Shown one piece after another: positions 60,415-64,000 of a stretch of DNA of 64,000 bases (position 1 is the first letter of the stretch; every line of letters starts with the position of its first letter). Under the pieces are notes generated by a model. It made no database searches, was not told the origin of the DNA, and saw nothing but the letters and a program-made list of their open reading frames with translations. Made by a program: the position numbers and the translations under genes. Origin of the DNA: Mytilus edulis (Eukaryota); assembly GCF_963676685.1 (NCBI RefSeq), contig NC_092350.1, positions 4,464,001 to 4,528,000 on the forward strand, read 5' to 3'.

Positions 60415-60573
60415 AGTGAAAAAAAAAATAAAAACATTCTTTTATATTTTACAAATTAAAAATCAATATTTTGATATTATCCAACAAATATATTATGCAA
60501 TTTTTGCTGACGGGGGCAAAATTTTTGTCAACGTGGCAAAAATATTTGCTGCTGCCACACAATATATACTACT
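60415..60573 (-). repeat. Maverick right terminal inverted repeat
   Basis: Reverse complement of 32657 onward; followed by TSD GATGTA. Confidence 0.92.
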
Positions 60574-61914
60574 GATGTATGTGTTTGTAGGGTTTTATTT
60601 ACTTAATTTTTAATTTTAATCCTTTGAATAGGCTTAGGCTTTTTGTTTTTAAGTCATTTATGTTTTGACGTTTTGAAAAATAACCGAGTGAAATGGTTTC
60701 ATTACCAACTTTTCACGAGTATTGACTCCTTTGAAACTGATAGTCGAGATTATGTTTTAACTCTTGAATTAACATTGGACCTTTTAATCACGTACCTTGC
60801 AAATAAAATTGACCTAGTATTAAAGGCTTAGCTACATAGTAACAACTGATGCACAAGTAATACATTAACTTTGTATCTGAGTTAAGAGTAAACCACGAAA
60901 GATCTTCTTTACAGTTCATTACTTAAATCGTTTCTGTGGTTGTTAAATTACATTTATCATCTTCATAATAATTTGTTCTGTAACACAATATGCTTAATAA
61001 CTGAATGAAACCCGTCTTATTACATAACGTTTATATAGGGATAAAATAACGTATTATCATTACATCTTCAATCAGAAAACTATGCACTGGAAACCTCTTT
61101 AAATATAACACCTGTACAATAATTGTTTCTTAGGAGATTTACAGCCGAATTAGGCACTAGTACCAATCTTAGATATCAGCGGTTCAACCAATACTATTGT
61201 CCAGTGTAGATTTATGTTTGGGAAGGTAACTCTAAGGTCGCAAAACAAACATTGTCCTGTAGATTGAAATGATACGAGGTTTTAAATTGCAATCACGTGT
61301 CAAATTTATCGATTATCTTGTCAATCGGGTGGTTACGCTGCAATTGCAGAGGTCTACATAAACACTTGGTCGACACAGATTTTAATCTGAGTCATTGTCA
61401 CATGACAAACGAGTTTCCGGTTTATTGATATTCGTTTTGTAGTAGTTGTCTAATTGATAAATTGGATTTCTATTGAAAATGTAGATGTTTTAACACTAAT
61501 AACTTCATCTGTTTTGTTAATAAAATATATGTCGTATTGCTTAAACTTTTTAAAGGGCATGCCATGAAGTAATAAATGGAAATAATTTATCTTTCAGAAG
61601 GAAAGCTAATTAAACAAAATAGAAGTGTTGAAAATTATGATCACAGGTTTTAGATATAATAAATTTAAAATGTCAACTAGGTCTTCTAACAAGAAACTGA
61701 AAAGATTAATATTTTTAACAAATAGCTTCGGCAATTAAAAAAAAAAGACAGATGACATTATGGTCGAAAGAAATGACCAATCACAGTGGATATAGAGTTC
61801 AGAAAACAAAAACGAAAAGAAAAATTTGATGTTCCATAAAGGTTCATGTAAGCATTTTCTATTCCATCTGAGATACACGATGTGTTACTTATTGCAAGAA
61901 TTTATAAATCCAGA

Positions 61915-62328
61915 AATTATAACTTTATTTTATTAACGATAACTTTATTCTACTAACGATGACTTTACTAACGATAACTTTATCTTACTAACGATAACTT
62001 TATCTTACTAACGATAACTTAATCTTACTAACGATAACTTTATCTTACTAACGATAACTTAATCTTACTAACGATAACTTTATCTTACTGACGATAACTT
62101 AATCTTACTAACGATAACTTTATCTTACTAACGATAACTTTATCTTACTAACGATAACTTTATCTTACTAACGATAACTTAATTTTCCTAATGATAACTT
62201 TAATGTACTAACGATAACTTTATTTTGTTGACGATAACTTTATTTTATTGACAATAACTTTATTTTACTAACGATAACTTTATTTTATTGACCATAACTT
62301 TATTTATTGACGATATCTTTATTTTACA
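61915..62328. repeat. Minisatellite, 20-bp unit, about 20 copies
   Basis: Unit CTAACGATAACTTTATCTTA. Confidence 0.93.
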
Positions 62329-64000
62329 AACTCATGCACCCTATGGTGCAACAAGAGCAATTATATAGACAATGCGGTACCAATGTTTAGCAAACAGAAC
62401 ATTAGCCTCAGCATCGACCCGTTATGAACATACACTTAATTAATTATGCTGGGAGGTACTTTTCGCGCGAAGAGCTTTTATATTGATCATTTGGTATCTA
62501 CAGCAATAAATATGTCGGTTTATTTCGTTTGTGGATAGAGATTTCTGCTACCTTGCAAGTTATACATGAGATAAATATTTGTTCTATTTATACTCTCAGC
62601 TTTTCCCCACTTCCTATCTAATTGGTTGTTTTGTGTTATATTATTCTTTTAAATGCAGACTAAATTACACAAACGCGTCAAGTATTTTACAGTTACGATA
62701 TATTCATTAATCAAGATTAATGAGAAATAAATAAGATTTTTCAGAAGCCTAGTATATGCACATTTTTTTTGTAATTGTAGCTCTTGCAACACGTGTTTCC
62801 TAGTAAGCATATATATATATATCAGAAGATATACAATAGCCCATTGCATTCATGTACTTCAATACGTTCAAAGCAACTCCGCGTTATAGTAAATATACTT
62901 TCTTTTATATTCTAAACATTCTATAAGGCCTATGCTTCTGTATGGCAAAATGGATATACCTTGTAGATATCTTTTTATACTCCTAGGCCACTACCCTATC
63001 GAATGCGAGGGGTCAACCCGTAGGTGAGAAAATCCCATACATCGGAATGTGAAGGAATCAATATAGAAAATTGACAGCCAAATTAAAGAGAGCAAATTTA
63101 GATATATATATATATATGTAAAAAGCAAACAAAAAAAAACAACACCAAAAAACACAATTAATTTGAGAATAATACGACTTCCTGAACTTCAAATTCAAAC
63201 AATCGAAATACGAAAAACTAGTAATTTACTGCTATAGAAGTTTAAACCTGAGATGTAGAGGTAAAAATGAAGAACACATGATGGGTGGGGTAGTCTTGTT
63301 AACATTCTACTGGATCAATTACACGGAGTATCCATTGATCAGTGAAACAAGTGTATCTTCTAACAGATGTTTCAAGAAACTTTTCGGTGGTAAATTTAAT
63401 AAGCAATCTGTTCAATATTATAAAGAATTCTGCAGGATGATAGGAATTAACTTCTCATACGATGCATAGATTGATGTCGTAAAATTAAAGACGACCGTTT
63501 TCCGTCTCTTAGCGACATGGTCCATCTAACGTTTAAATAGTGTCATTATTCCATGCATTGATACACAATAAAATAATTTAAACAGCTAAATTAAATTGTA
63601 CAAAGGTAACGACAAACGACATGCAAAGATTGTAATTCAATCATATTAATTATTGGAAATTATTTCTGAACGGATCATTGGTGATTTTTTACGCTGTACC
63701 AATCAAAAGGACTTCAAAGTCGTTAGTGACGTCCGCAGCGTCGTTTTCAAACAGCAATATCAACTGACCTACTTTGAAAAGATATTTAATTTAACTTTGA
63801 TGTAGTTAATTGTTTATCAATATTAACTGTAGAATAACTAGGATTTCTCATATCGATATGTTATACTCATACTGCACTGAAATCAATGCAAATCTTGAAA
63901 CATTTTATGTAAATAGTGTTTGAGTGTCAATATTTTGACTATATATATAAAACGGTAGGACTTTCAATTTTGATGTAATTAAAAAAAATTAGAAAGAGGG

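Larger units (their letters stand above)
32657..60573 (-). mobile_element. Maverick/Polinton (polintovirus/adintovirus-like) endogenous element, complete; about 17.9 kb once the duplicated overlap is removed
   Basis: Termini AGTAGT...ACTACT, TSD GATGTA at 32651-32656 and 60574-60579, TIRs, and a full core gene set (INT, mCP, MCP, PRO, ATPase, pPolB). Confidence 0.97.

Overview
AT-rich, intron-containing animal DNA. The interspersed repeats, Helentron-type MITEs and TTAGGG motif point to a bivalve, probably Mytilus-like (my recollection, not a search). The window has three main parts. (1) A ~10 kb PIF/Harbinger DNA transposon (about 7547-17564) with two intact, convergent, spliced genes: a Myb/SANT-like DNA-binding protein and a DDE transposase. 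(2) A host gene (18364-24376; 5' exon not found) encoding about 20 leucine-rich repeats, an LRRCT cap and a C-terminal catalytically dead trypsin-like domain. (3) A complete Maverick/Polinton endogenous virus (32657-60573) with AGTAGT...ACTACT ends, a 6-bp GATGTA target-site duplication, integrase, minor and major capsid, adenain-type protease, A32 ATPase and pPolB. About 9.9 kb of it appears twice either side of a 100-N gap, almost certainly an assembly overlap, so the real element is about 17.9 kb. The most novel part is the Maverick's left accessory arm, which the ORF track misses because it is spliced. It encodes a type I membrane protein with two alternative terminal exons, a 3-exon PC4-like protein with poly-Glu and SIM-like motifs, a second PC4-like domain behind a signal or TM segment, and a possible SOCS/BC-box protein. 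It also has a regulatory-looking repeat array, and telomeric repeats sit inside both ends of the element.
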